From: Candidatus Omnitrophota bacterium
GTDB lineage: Bacteria > Omnitrophota > Gorgyraeia > 2-02-FULL-51-18
Assembly (NCBI GenBank): GCA_945877765.1
Contig: CAMDWQ010000008.1
Coordinates: forward strand, 13,774-77,773
DNA length: 64,000 nucleotides
Reading direction: 5' to 3'
Of this stretch, positions 1-10,532 are shown piece by piece. Each line of letters begins with the position of its first letter. The stretch's first letter is position 1. The translations under genes and the position numbers were made by a program. The notes beneath the pieces were generated by a model. It made no database searches, was not told where the DNA came from, and saw nothing but the letters and a program-made list of their open reading frames with translations.

Positions 1-1
1 T

Positions 2-166
2 CGTGATTTGGACGGTGTGAGTATTGTCGCCAAAGATTGTTATTTGGCGCGCAATGCGATCGGGAGTGTTGCCGTCGTCGGCCCTACCCGTATGAAATAC
101 GCAAAAGTGGTTTCGGTGATTGAATTTGTCGCGGATTCTGTAACCGATCAGCTGGAAAGGTTTTAA
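2..166 (+). CDS. hrcA: Heat-inducible transcription repressor HrcA, 3' end (partial)
   Basis: Manual translation ...AIGSVAVVGPTRMKYAKVVSVIEFV...* contains the HrcA C-terminal GPTRMxY motif; lies directly upstream of grpE-dnaK-dnaJ. Confidence 0.9.
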   Translation, partial: RDLDGVSIVAKDCYLARNAIGSVAVVGPTRMKYAKVVSVIEFVADSVTDQLERF

Positions 167-167
167 A

Positions 168-2667
<2,500 letters not shown>

Positions 2668-2673
2668 TCCTCA

Positions 2674-3804
2674 ATGTCTTCCCGTAAGCGCGACTATTAC
2701 GAAGTCCTGGGTGTGGGCCGCTCTGCGGACGCCGATGAAGTAAAAAAGGCGTTTCGCAAAGCGGCTTTAGCCCACCATCCCGACCGAAATCCAGGCGATA
2801 AAAAAGCCGAAGATAATTTCCGGGAAGCCAGCGAAGCCTACCAAGTTCTTTCCGATCCCCAAAAACGTCAGATCTACAACCAGTACGGCCATGAGGGTTT
2901 AAACGCCAATGGCGGGATGGGAGGCGGTTTTTCCTCGTCTGGTTTTGAAGATGTATTCGAGGGAATTTTTGAGGATTTCTTCGGTGGCAGCGGCGGAGGC
3001 CGAGGCCGGTCCCGTGCCGCGCGCGGCAGTGACCTTCAGTACGAGATCGAGATCTCATTTGAAGAGGCCGCTTTTGGTGTCCAGAGATCAATTGATCTAA
3101 AACGCGAAGAAACCTGCGGCAACTGCCGCGGCGAGGGCGCTAAGCCCGGTACCTCCAAAAAAACCTGTCCCACTTGTCACGGACAGGGGAAAGTTCTGAC
3201 CTCGAGCGGTTTTTTCAGCATTTCCCGTCCCTGCAGCCGTTGCAATGGCGAAGGGGTGATGATTGAACATGCTTGCAGCGTGTGTCGAGGCTCCGGCCGA
3301 GTAGTCTCCGACAGAAAAATTGAAATTAAAATTCCCCCAGGCATTGATGCCGGCCAGAGGCTTCGCATGAACGGGGAGGGCGAAGCAGGCGTGCGCGGCG
3401 GCCCTCGTGGCGACCTCTACATCGATATTCACGTCGAACCCCATGAATTTTTTAAACGCGACGGCAACAAAGTCATCTGCGCTGTCCCCATCAGTTTTGT
3501 GGAAGCCTCTCTTGGCTGTGAAATCCAAGTCCCAACACTCTCCGGCAATCACGAGCTTAAAATTCCCGCTGGCACACAAAATGGAAAAGTATTTAGACTA
3601 AAAGGGAAGGGTATCGCATCCTTGCAAGGCCATGAGTTGGGTGACCAGGAAGTCCAAATCCTCATCGAAACCCCCACACATCTTTCTGATAAACAAAAAG
3701 AGCTGCTTAAACAATTCGCCACACTTTCGAATGAAAAAGTAAACCCCATCACGTCCTCATTTATGGAAAAAGCCAAAAAACTATTCTCAAAAGAGGACAA
3801 ATAA
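2674..3804 (+). CDS. dnaJ: Chaperone DnaJ
   Basis: J domain with HPD, G/F-rich region, four CxxCxGxG repeats. Confidence 0.99.
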   Translation: MSSRKRDYYEVLGVGRSADADEVKKAFRKAALAHHPDRNPGDKKAEDNFREASEAYQVLSDPQKRQIYNQYGHEGLNANGGMGGGFSSSGFEDVFEGIFEDFFGGSGGGRGRSRAARGSDLQYEIEISFEEAAFGVQRSIDLKREETCGNCRGEGAKPGTSKKTCPTCHGQGKVLTSSGFFSISRPCSRCNGEGVMIEHACSVCRGSGRVVSDRKIEIKIPPGIDAGQRLRMNGEGEAGVRGGPRGDLYIDIHVEPHEFFKRDGNKVICAVPISFVEASLGCEIQVPTLSGNHELKIPAGTQNGKVFRLKGKGIASLQGHELGDQEVQILIETPTHLSDKQKELLKQFATLSNEKVNPITSSFMEKAKKLFSKEDK

Positions 3805-3806
3805 AC

Positions 3807-4085
3807 ATGCCCACCTACGAATATAAATGCCTCAAATGCAAAAAGCATTTCGATAAACTCCAAAGCATGAGCGAAAAACCACTTAAGAGCTGCATTTACT
3901 GCAAAGGCAAAGTCGAGCGCCTCATCGGCGGCGGAGCAGGACTTATCTTTAAGGGTAGTGGATTTTACATCACGGATTATAAGAATAAATCCACCTCAGG
4001 ATCAGCTTCGGACTCGAGCAAACCTAAAGAAACTAAAACGGATAGCGCGCCCGTTAAGAAAGTGGAGAAGACGGATAAGAAATAG
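3807..4085 (+). CDS. FmdB-family zinc-ribbon protein
   Basis: MPTYEYKCxxC...CxxC...FKGSGFYITDY followed by a low-complexity tail. Confidence 0.9.
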   Translation: MPTYEYKCLKCKKHFDKLQSMSEKPLKSCIYCKGKVERLIGGGAGLIFKGSGFYITDYKNKSTSGSASDSSKPKETKTDSAPVKKVEKTDKK

Positions 4086-4261
4086 TGTTGCGCCAGGGCC
4101 TGGCCGGGAAATCTTTTCGGGCCGGCGTTAAATTTGCCCCACCGTGGCAAATTAAACTCGGAGATGAGAGCTCGCTCGTCCCGTCTATTACGACGGGACA
4201 CCATGGCCGCTCGCCTCATCTACGCGTCCCAAAAAGATTTCCCGGCCACCCGGCGGGGTGC
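4085..4261 (+). repeat. Structured repeat family A, copy 1 (~177 nt, multi-stem)
   Basis: Close match to the reverse complement of 5186-5363 and to 59044-59217; nested inverted repeats. Confidence 0.9.
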
Positions 4262-4327
4262 GCAGTGTCACCGCAACCAAGGCTAACGAGGTCTGGCAAT
4301 ATTGTTGGAATCAAAAGGATAGATATA

Positions 4328-4990
4328 ATGACTCATCAAGAAACGCAGAAATCATTTTGTAATAGATGTAAGAATATGAATAAGCATATTGTTCGGTATA
4401 AAAAAGTTGAACATGAATCCGAAGAAATTGACGAAGGATTTTCAGTTGAATGGGCTTATACTTACTATCTTTTAGAATGCTCTGGGTGTGAAGAGTTGTC
4501 ATTTTGTAAAGAAACTTTTTGGCCAAATGAATCTGTGGACATGGAGTTTTACCCACCTCGTGTTTCTAGAAGTAAACCTATTTGGTTTGATCAATTGCCC
4601 GAAGAATACCAAGAAATCCTCTCTGAAATTTATTCAGTTCTGCATATGGATAATCGTAGACTTGCGATGATGGGCGCGCGGTGTGTCATAGATTTGTTTA
4701 TTACTCGTAAAGTTGGCGATCAAGGAAGATTTGATCTAGGTATGAAGATGCTCGAAGCAAAAGGGTACATAAGCAATAAAAATGCTATTTTTTTGAAGGC
4801 CGCTGTTGAAATAGGACACGCGTCAGCCCATCGTGGTCATAAGCCGACTATTACAAACGTTAATTCTGTCATTGATATTGTCGAAAATTTACTTCAACAA
4901 GGCGAAGTTCTATCCAATTCTGCAAAACTTCTCAAAAAATCAACTCCCAGAAGAAAGCGACTTAGCAGGCGTGCTGTTGGGAAGAATTAG
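4328..4990 (+). CDS. DUF4145-like (HEPN-like) protein with N-terminal CxxC...CxxC Zn ribbon
   Basis: ATG 4328 after AAGGA; CNRC...CSGC; LAMMGARCVIDL...IGHASAH pattern; AT-rich. The ORF-track extension to 4085 only reads through the repeat. Confidence 0.75.
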   Translation: MTHQETQKSFCNRCKNMNKHIVRYKKVEHESEEIDEGFSVEWAYTYYLLECSGCEELSFCKETFWPNESVDMEFYPPRVSRSKPIWFDQLPEEYQEILSEIYSVLHMDNRRLAMMGARCVIDLFITRKVGDQGRFDLGMKMLEAKGYISNKNAIFLKAAVEIGHASAHRGHKPTITNVNSVIDIVENLLQQGEVLSNSAKLLKKSTPRRKRLSRRAVGKN

Positions 4991-5004
4991 CTTTTTTATT
5001 ATAT

Positions 5005-5186
5005 CAATTGTACATAATATCCCCGTTTGGGCAGATCGGGAAGACGTGTTGTTTCTATGTTGAGCGGAGGAATATACTCTCTTTATTCGCCAAGCGAATA
5101 AAAGCCGCTGAAAGCGGCGGCAGGGGGGCATTTTTTTTGCACGAGCCTGCCAGAGAGTGCGAGTGTATAAAAGTTCTACACAATTG
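5005..5186. repeat. Multi-hairpin element bounded by CAATTG
   Basis: Stems ACTCTCT/AGAGAGT, TTATTCGC/GCGAATAA, GCCGCT/AGCGGC, GGCAGG/CCTGCC; ends CAATTGT...ACAATTG. Confidence 0.6.
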
Positions 5187-5363
5187 CACCGCGCCGGGTG
5201 GCCGGGGAATCTTTTTGGGACGCGTAGATGAGGCGAGCGGCCACGGTGTCCCGTCGTAATAGACGGGACGAGCGAGCCCTCATCTATCGAGTTTATTTTG
5301 CCTGGGCGGGGCAAAATAAACGCCGGCCCGAAAAGATTCCCCGGCCAGGCCCCGGCGCAACAC
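5186..5363 (-). repeat. Structured repeat family A, copy 2 (inverted relative to copy 1)
   Basis: Reverse complement aligns end to end with 4085-4261, with compensatory changes. Confidence 0.9.
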
Positions 5364-5387
5364 CTATGCCACTGCACCATCAGAGCC

Positions 5388-5490
5388 CCTCACTTACGTT
5401 AATCGTAAAAAATTAAGAAAATAGTTTTGACGAAAACCGGCCTTTCTGTCGTCAAGTAGGGTAGAGGGAGGTCTTCATAATGCCAATAGA
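5388..5490 (+). promoter_or_regulatory. Repeated module, copy 1: ECF-like promoter TGACGA-N16-CGTC plus GGAGG RBS
   Basis: Colinear similarity to 59232-59340. The ECF interpretation is inferred from the CGTC -10 and 16-nt spacer. Confidence 0.5.
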
Positions 5491-5508
5491 AGATAACGTT
5501 ATTGCCAC

Positions 5509-5537
5509 TTGCACAGTATACGTTAATATGGTATATT
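5509..5537 (+). promoter_or_regulatory. Sigma70 promoter of higBA (TTGCAC-N17-TATATT, with TG extension)
   Basis: 17-nt spacer; predicted +1 falls at about the GTG at 5544. Confidence 0.6.
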
Positions 5538-5543
5538 TTAAAC

Positions 5544-5837
5544 GTGATTGTTAGTTTTGGGGATCAGGCGACGGAAGATATGTTTCACGGGATGTCTTCC
5601 AAAAAGGCGTTGAGAGCGGTGCCTGTCGATCTTTGGAGAGTGTCCCAAAGAAAGCTTGATATGTTGCACGCTGCCCAGGATTTAATTGATCTGAGGGTTC
5701 CACCTAACAATCGCCTTGAGAGCTTAAGAGAGGATCTCGAAGGTTATTATTCAATACGCATTAATGTTCAGTACCGACTTATTTTTAAATGGGCACCAGG
5801 CAGTGCTTCCGAAGTGCAGATCGTTGATTATCATTAG
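5544..5837 (+). CDS. higB: HigB toxin (RelE/ParE family, killer-protein type)
   Basis: MIVSFGDQATEDMF...DLRVPPNNRLESL...YSIRINVQYRLIFKW...IVDYH; toxin-first gene order. Confidence 0.93.
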   Translation: MIVSFGDQATEDMFHGMSSKKALRAVPVDLWRVSQRKLDMLHAAQDLIDLRVPPNNRLESLREDLEGYYSIRINVQYRLIFKWAPGSASEVQIVDYH

Positions 5838-5846
5838 GAGAAACAA

Positions 5847-6119
5847 ATGATCCCGACCAATAGAAAACCCAGTCATCCCGGCGAAATACTCCTGACGGAG
5901 TTTTTGGAGCCACTCAAAATGAGCCAGTCCGAATTGGCCAAAAAAATGGGTGTGCCTATTCAGCGTGTGAATACGCTTATCAATAAAAAAAGAGGGGTGA
6001 CGGCCGAGACCGCCATTCTTCTGTCTGAAGTATTAAAAAATACCGCAGAATTTTGGATGAACCTGCAGGCTATCTACGATCTCTACGAAGCGCGCCAGAC
6101 TCTTAAGAGCGCAGCCTAA
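5847..6119 (+). CDS. higA: HigA antitoxin (HTH)
   Basis: HPGEILLTEFLEPL...AEFWMNLQ motif; AGGAG RBS. Confidence 0.95.
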   Translation: MIPTNRKPSHPGEILLTEFLEPLKMSQSELAKKMGVPIQRVNTLINKKRGVTAETAILLSEVLKNTAEFWMNLQAIYDLYEARQTLKSAA

Positions 6120-6130
6120 TAAGTGACAGC

Positions 6131-6286
6131 CTAGATACGCTCAATCGTATATTTAGGGCTATTATCGGCTTGTGGAATCGCCACTTTGTTGGCACTGCGC
6201 TGGAAAGCGGAGAACCACTTGTGTAAGGATCTCACCCGTCTTTTGCGCGCCAGATTGTCTAGATCAGCTTTGGTTACCGTTGTCAT
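6131..6286 (-). CDS. Small basic hypothetical protein (51 aa), not in the ORF track
   Basis: MTTVTKADLDNLARKRRVRSLHKWFSAFQRSANKVAIPQADNSPKYTIERI*; AGGAG RBS 7 nt upstream; minus-strand TTGCAT-N17-TATGCT at 6365-6337. Confidence 0.6.
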   Translation of the reverse strand: MTTVTKADLDNLARKRRVRSLHKWFSAFQRSANKVAIPQADNSPKYTIERI

Positions 6287-6447
6287 TGTTTCGCTCCTAG
6301 GCCTAGTTATTTTTGATTAAAATTGCTTATAGACCAAGCATACATGAGGCTTCGAGCCAATGCAACTGTTGATAATATTTCCACCTGGTTATTTCCAGTG
6401 CTATAATAGCCACTCATTTTTTAAACGGAAGATAAGGAAGCAAATCG

Positions 6448-7722
6448 ATGCCTGAAATTAAAGCGTTTCGCGGATGGCGTTACAACCCTGCCAAGAATCA
6501 AGATCTCTCTAAAGTTTTTGCGCCACCCTATGATGTCATCTCTCCTCGTCAGCAGAAAAAATTGTACGATGAAAATCCTCACAACGTGATCCGTCTGGAG
6601 TTGGGTACGGAAGAAGCGGGTGACTCGGTGATGAACAACAAATACACTCGCGCGGCCGATTACCTTAAAGAGTGGAAGACTCAGTCCATTTTAGTCCGTG
6701 AAGACGAGCCTGCACTTTACGTGTATATTCAGGATTATCAGGAAGAGGGCAAACAAAAGACACGTCTTGGATTTTTGTCTCTGATGAAAATTGACGAAAA
6801 AGCCGTATTGAAGCACGAGAATACACTTGCTGCCCCCAAAGAAGACCGCTTAAAGCTTTTGCGGGCCACACGTACCAATCTTAGCCCGATCTTTGGACTC
6901 TTTGAAGACAATAAAAAAGTCGTAAACTCTTTTCTTAAAAAAACAATGAGTCTTAAGCCGTTTGCCGATGTGACAATTGATGGCGTGCGTCACCGGCTTT
7001 TTATCGAGACGCGTGGAAATGTGTTGGCGGGGATTGAGAAAGCCATGAAGGGCAAGACCATGTACATCGCCGATGGGCATCACCGTTTTGAAACTGCTTG
7101 CAACTTTAAAAAAGAAGCAGGCACCAAAGGTCTTGCGGGTCCCGGCTACGTGATGACGTATTTTGCTGACTGTTACAACAACCCCTTTAAAATTTTTCCC
7201 ACACACCGCCTCATTAAAATTAAAGACGTGAAGAACTGGGAAAAGCTGGCAAAAATCGGAACGCATGAAAAAGTAAAAGATTTAAACACGCTGCTTAAGC
7301 ATTTAGAGGACTATCGTGAGGATGTACCGGGCAAGCCCTACGAATTTGGTTTTTATGCCAAAGGCCATGGTTTTCATCTTTTTAAAATGAACAAAGCCAC
7401 CGCCAAAAAAGTCAAAAACAATCCCGTCGACCGTCTGGATGTGGCGGTGCTCCACCAGTTCATCATTGACCCTTGTTTTGGAATTAAAAAAATCGAGAAA
7501 TCCGAACAAATTGATTTTACGCGCTCCCCCGAAGATGCGGTTGCCCGCGTGGATCACGGGTTGTTTGACGCAGCTTTATTTTTGAGGCCGACATCCCTTA
7601 AGGAAATGATACTTGCCTCGAAAAAAGGCTTAAAGATGCCGCAGAAATCGACCTATTTTTATCCCAAACTTCTATCGGGCCTGGTGTTTCACAGCTTTGA
7701 GGATGGGATTCAAAACCAATGA
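6448..7722 (+). CDS. DUF1015 family protein
   Basis: PPYDVIS, IADGHHR and MPQKSTYFYPK motifs. Confidence 0.92.
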   Translation: MPEIKAFRGWRYNPAKNQDLSKVFAPPYDVISPRQQKKLYDENPHNVIRLELGTEEAGDSVMNNKYTRAADYLKEWKTQSILVREDEPALYVYIQDYQEEGKQKTRLGFLSLMKIDEKAVLKHENTLAAPKEDRLKLLRATRTNLSPIFGLFEDNKKVVNSFLKKTMSLKPFADVTIDGVRHRLFIETRGNVLAGIEKAMKGKTMYIADGHHRFETACNFKKEAGTKGLAGPGYVMTYFADCYNNPFKIFPTHRLIKIKDVKNWEKLAKIGTHEKVKDLNTLLKHLEDYREDVPGKPYEFGFYAKGHGFHLFKMNKATAKKVKNNPVDRLDVAVLHQFIIDPCFGIKKIEKSEQIDFTRSPEDAVARVDHGLFDAALFLRPTSLKEMILASKKGLKMPQKSTYFYPKLLSGLVFHSFEDGIQNQ

Positions 7723-8423
7723 TTAAACCCAAGGCGCTGACCTCCATTTCTTTCTTTTTTCCCTGCTACAACGAAGCTGAAAACGTGGGGTCTATGATTG
7801 AGCAGTGCGTGAAAGTTGGTGAAGATTACGGTGTGGATTATGAGGTGATTGTCGTGGATGACGGCAGTCGTGACCAGTCGGCTGAAATTGTCAAGCGCTG
7901 GTCCGCCAAAAATCCGCGTGTACGGTTGGTCCAGCACCCGCAAAATTGCGGGTACGGCGCGGCCTTACGCACGGGGATTAAGAGCGCCACCAAAGAGCTC
8001 GTTTTTTTAACCGACGGCGATAATCAATTTCATCTAGCGGATATTGAAAAGCTTTTTTCTAAAATTGACAGCTGTGATGTGGTGGCAGGTTACCGCATCG
8101 TTCGACAGGACAAGATTCACCGCCGTTTGAATGGTTTTCTATGGACGCAGCTCAACAAGACTTTGTTTGGCCTTAAAATCCGCGATGTAGACTGTGCTTT
8201 TAAGCTTTTTCGCAGGAAGTGTCTCGATGGCCTGGAGCTTGAGTCCAACCAGCTTTTGATTCATGCGGAAATTTTGGCTCGCTTAAAGAAGAAGGGTTGC
8301 AAAGTCGAAGAAATCGGCATCCCTCATTATCCGCGCACCGCGGGAAAAGCGACCGCCACGCAGCCGATTCGAATTCTTAAGACATTTGGCGAGCTTTTTG
8401 GGCTGTTTTGGAAGATTCGATAG
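7719..8423 (+). CDS. Glycosyltransferase family 2
   Basis: PCYNE, VVDDGSRD, GYGAAL, TDGD, DVDCAFKL motifs. Confidence 0.92.
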   Translation: MIKPKALTSISFFFPCYNEAENVGSMIEQCVKVGEDYGVDYEVIVVDDGSRDQSAEIVKRWSAKNPRVRLVQHPQNCGYGAALRTGIKSATKELVFLTDGDNQFHLADIEKLFSKIDSCDVVAGYRIVRQDKIHRRLNGFLWTQLNKTLFGLKIRDVDCAFKLFRRKCLDGLELESNQLLIHAEILARLKKKGCKVEEIGIPHYPRTAGKATATQPIRILKTFGELFGLFWKIR

Positions 8424-8489
8424 ACCATTGGAACAAACCCTGTTCTGTGCTATCATTTTTAGTTTATTAAGCTAAAAAGGGGTTAGCGC

Positions 8490-9344
8490 ATGCCTTTTAA
8501 TGAAAGATCGAAAACCAACTCCGCTGTACGACTGGTCAAGCGCCGGGATATTCCCGAAGGGATATGGACCAAATGCGACCAATGCGGCGAGATTATCTAC
8601 AATAAAACTCTCGAGGAAGACGCGAAGGTCTGTCCCAAATGCGATTACCACTTTACTTTGTCCGCCAAAGAGCGGGTGGCTCAGCTCATCGATGAGGGAA
8701 CGTTTAAGGAAATGGACCATCTCCTGACTTCCGGGGACCCTCTCAAATTTCGCGGCCCCAAAGCTTATCCTATCAAATTAAAGGAAGACCAGTTGGCAAC
8801 CGGATTGATTGATGCGGTCATTACCGGGGAAGGCTGCATGGAAGGAAAGAAGGTGGCTCTTGGCGTCACGGATTCTCGGTTTATCATGGGCTCCATGGGT
8901 TCTGTTGTTGGCGAGAAACTCACCCGCTTGATTGAGCACGCCACCAAAAAGAAACTTCCGGTCATTATTGTTTCTGGCTCCGGCGGCGGCGCGCGCATGT
9001 ACGAGGGAATGTTTTCGCTCATGCAGATGGCCAAAACCTCCCAAGCGCTTGCCAAACACCATGAGGCGAAGCTTCTATTTATTTCCGTTTTGACCAATCC
9101 CACCATGGCTGGCATCATGGCCAGTTTTGCGTCACTGGGGGATCTTATTGTGGCGGAGCCACGGGCGCTCATTGGTTTTACTGGGCCGCGTGTCATTGAA
9201 CAGACGATACGTCAGAAGCTGCCTCCCGGCTTCCAGACTTCCGAATTTTTGCTCGAGCACGGCATGATTGATAAAATTATTCACCGCAGGCAAATGAAAC
9301 CGTCGCTGCATCAATTTGTTAGTTTTTTTCATTCCAACGATTAA
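8490..9344 (+). CDS. accD: Acetyl-CoA carboxylase carboxyltransferase beta subunit
   Basis: WTKCxxC Zn finger, GSMGSVVGEK, GGARM.EG..SLMQMAKT, GFTGPRVIEQT. Confidence 0.97.
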   Translation: MPFNERSKTNSAVRLVKRRDIPEGIWTKCDQCGEIIYNKTLEEDAKVCPKCDYHFTLSAKERVAQLIDEGTFKEMDHLLTSGDPLKFRGPKAYPIKLKEDQLATGLIDAVITGEGCMEGKKVALGVTDSRFIMGSMGSVVGEKLTRLIEHATKKKLPVIIVSGSGGGARMYEGMFSLMQMAKTSQALAKHHEAKLLFISVLTNPTMAGIMASFASLGDLIVAEPRALIGFTGPRVIEQTIRQKLPPGFQTSEFLLEHGMIDKIIHRRQMKPSLHQFVSFFHSND

Positions 9345-9366
9345 AAGATAAAAAGGGAAAAGCGCT

Positions 9367-10470
9367 ATGGCCCAAGTCACACTCGTCAATTTGAATAAAG
9401 TTTATGGTGCTAATACACTGGCCGTTAATAATGTCAGCCTTGCGATTGAACGCCGCGAGTTTATTGTGCTTGTGGGGCCCTCAGGTTGCGGCAAGACGAC
9501 GACGCTTCGTATGATCGCGGGTTTAGAGGATATCACCAGCGGTAAAATTTATATTGGCGATAAAATTGTCAACGATGTCCCGCCCAAGGACCGCGATATC
9601 GCGATGGTATTTCAAAACTACGCTCTTTATCCGCACATGACGGTGTTTGAAAACATGGCGTTTGCACTAAAACTGCGCAAGTATCCAAAAGCAGAAATTG
9701 AAGCGCGTGTCAATGATGCGGCTGAGATTTTGGGCATCAAGCAATATCTTCATCGCAAACCCAAAGAGCTTTCAGGTGGCCAGAGGCAGCGCGTGGCCCT
9801 GGGTCGGGCTATTGTCCGCAAACCTATGGTTTTCTTGTTCGATGAACCCTTAAGTAATCTGGACGCAAAAATGAGAGTGCAGATGCGCACAGAGATCAAA
9901 AAGCTCCACCAGAGGCTCCAGGCGACTATCGTGTATGTGACTCACGACCAGACAGAAGCGATGACGATGGGGGACCGCATCGTCGTCATGAAGGATGGAG
10001 TTGTCCAACAGGTTGCCGACCCAATTTCGCTTTACGATTATCCGGTTAATAAATTTGTGGCTAGTTTTATCGGGAGCCCGCCGATGAATTTTATCACGGG
10101 TCAGATCATCAAGCTCGACAGTCGCTATTATTTTCAGAGCGGGCCATTTCGTGTTGGCGTTGCCGAAAAGGCCGTGGAAAAAATCAAAGCTTATGAGGGC
10201 AAGGAAATTGTTTTTGGGATACGCTCGGAAGATATCTATGACAAGTTGTTCGCCACAGAGGCGTCATCCGAAAATACGGTTCGCGCGACTTGCGAAGTAG
10301 TCGAACCAATGGGGGCTGAGGCGTACCTTTATCTGCGCTGCGGTCAAAACTCGTTCATTGCGCGTGTTTCAGGTCACGTGCGCCCTGGCGTCAATCAAGA
10401 TTTGGATCTTGTGATTGATAGCAACAAGGCCCATTTTTTTGACGTGAGTACGGAGCAAACAATTTTATAA
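9367..10470 (+). CDS. Sugar ABC transporter ATPase (MalK/UgpC/MsmX type)
   Basis: GPSGCGKTT, VFQNYALYPHM, LSGGQRQR, DEPLSNLD motifs; C-terminal regulatory domain. Confidence 0.95.
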   Translation: MAQVTLVNLNKVYGANTLAVNNVSLAIERREFIVLVGPSGCGKTTTLRMIAGLEDITSGKIYIGDKIVNDVPPKDRDIAMVFQNYALYPHMTVFENMAFALKLRKYPKAEIEARVNDAAEILGIKQYLHRKPKELSGGQRQRVALGRAIVRKPMVFLFDEPLSNLDAKMRVQMRTEIKKLHQRLQATIVYVTHDQTEAMTMGDRIVVMKDGVVQQVADPISLYDYPVNKFVASFIGSPPMNFITGQIIKLDSRYYFQSGPFRVGVAEKAVEKIKAYEGKEIVFGIRSEDIYDKLFATEASSENTVRATCEVVEPMGAEAYLYLRCGQNSFIARVSGHVRPGVNQDLDLVIDSNKAHFFDVSTEQTIL

Positions 10471-10532
10471 TAGACGCCAGCGTCGCTTGAGGAGGTTGGT
10501 TCTTGCGAAGCTTTGGTGTGGGAGGATAGATC

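Noticed and set aside
4278-4312. Possible integron attC (GCTAAC...GTTGGAA) before the DUF4145-like gene
   Set aside because: Too short, no complementary L boxes, poor core-site match, and no integrase in the window.
5005-5186. tRNA, tmRNA or riboswitch interpretation of the cloverleaf
   Set aside because: No TTC T-loop, D-loop GG or CCA end, and no aptamer consensus that I recognise.
3977-5416. ORFs 3977-4219(-), the 4085-4327 extension, 4940-5380(-), 5008-5259, 5228-5416 and 58984-59247, which share peptide similarity
   Set aside because: The similarity comes from translating the family A repeat. There are no RBSs, and frames are not kept between copies.
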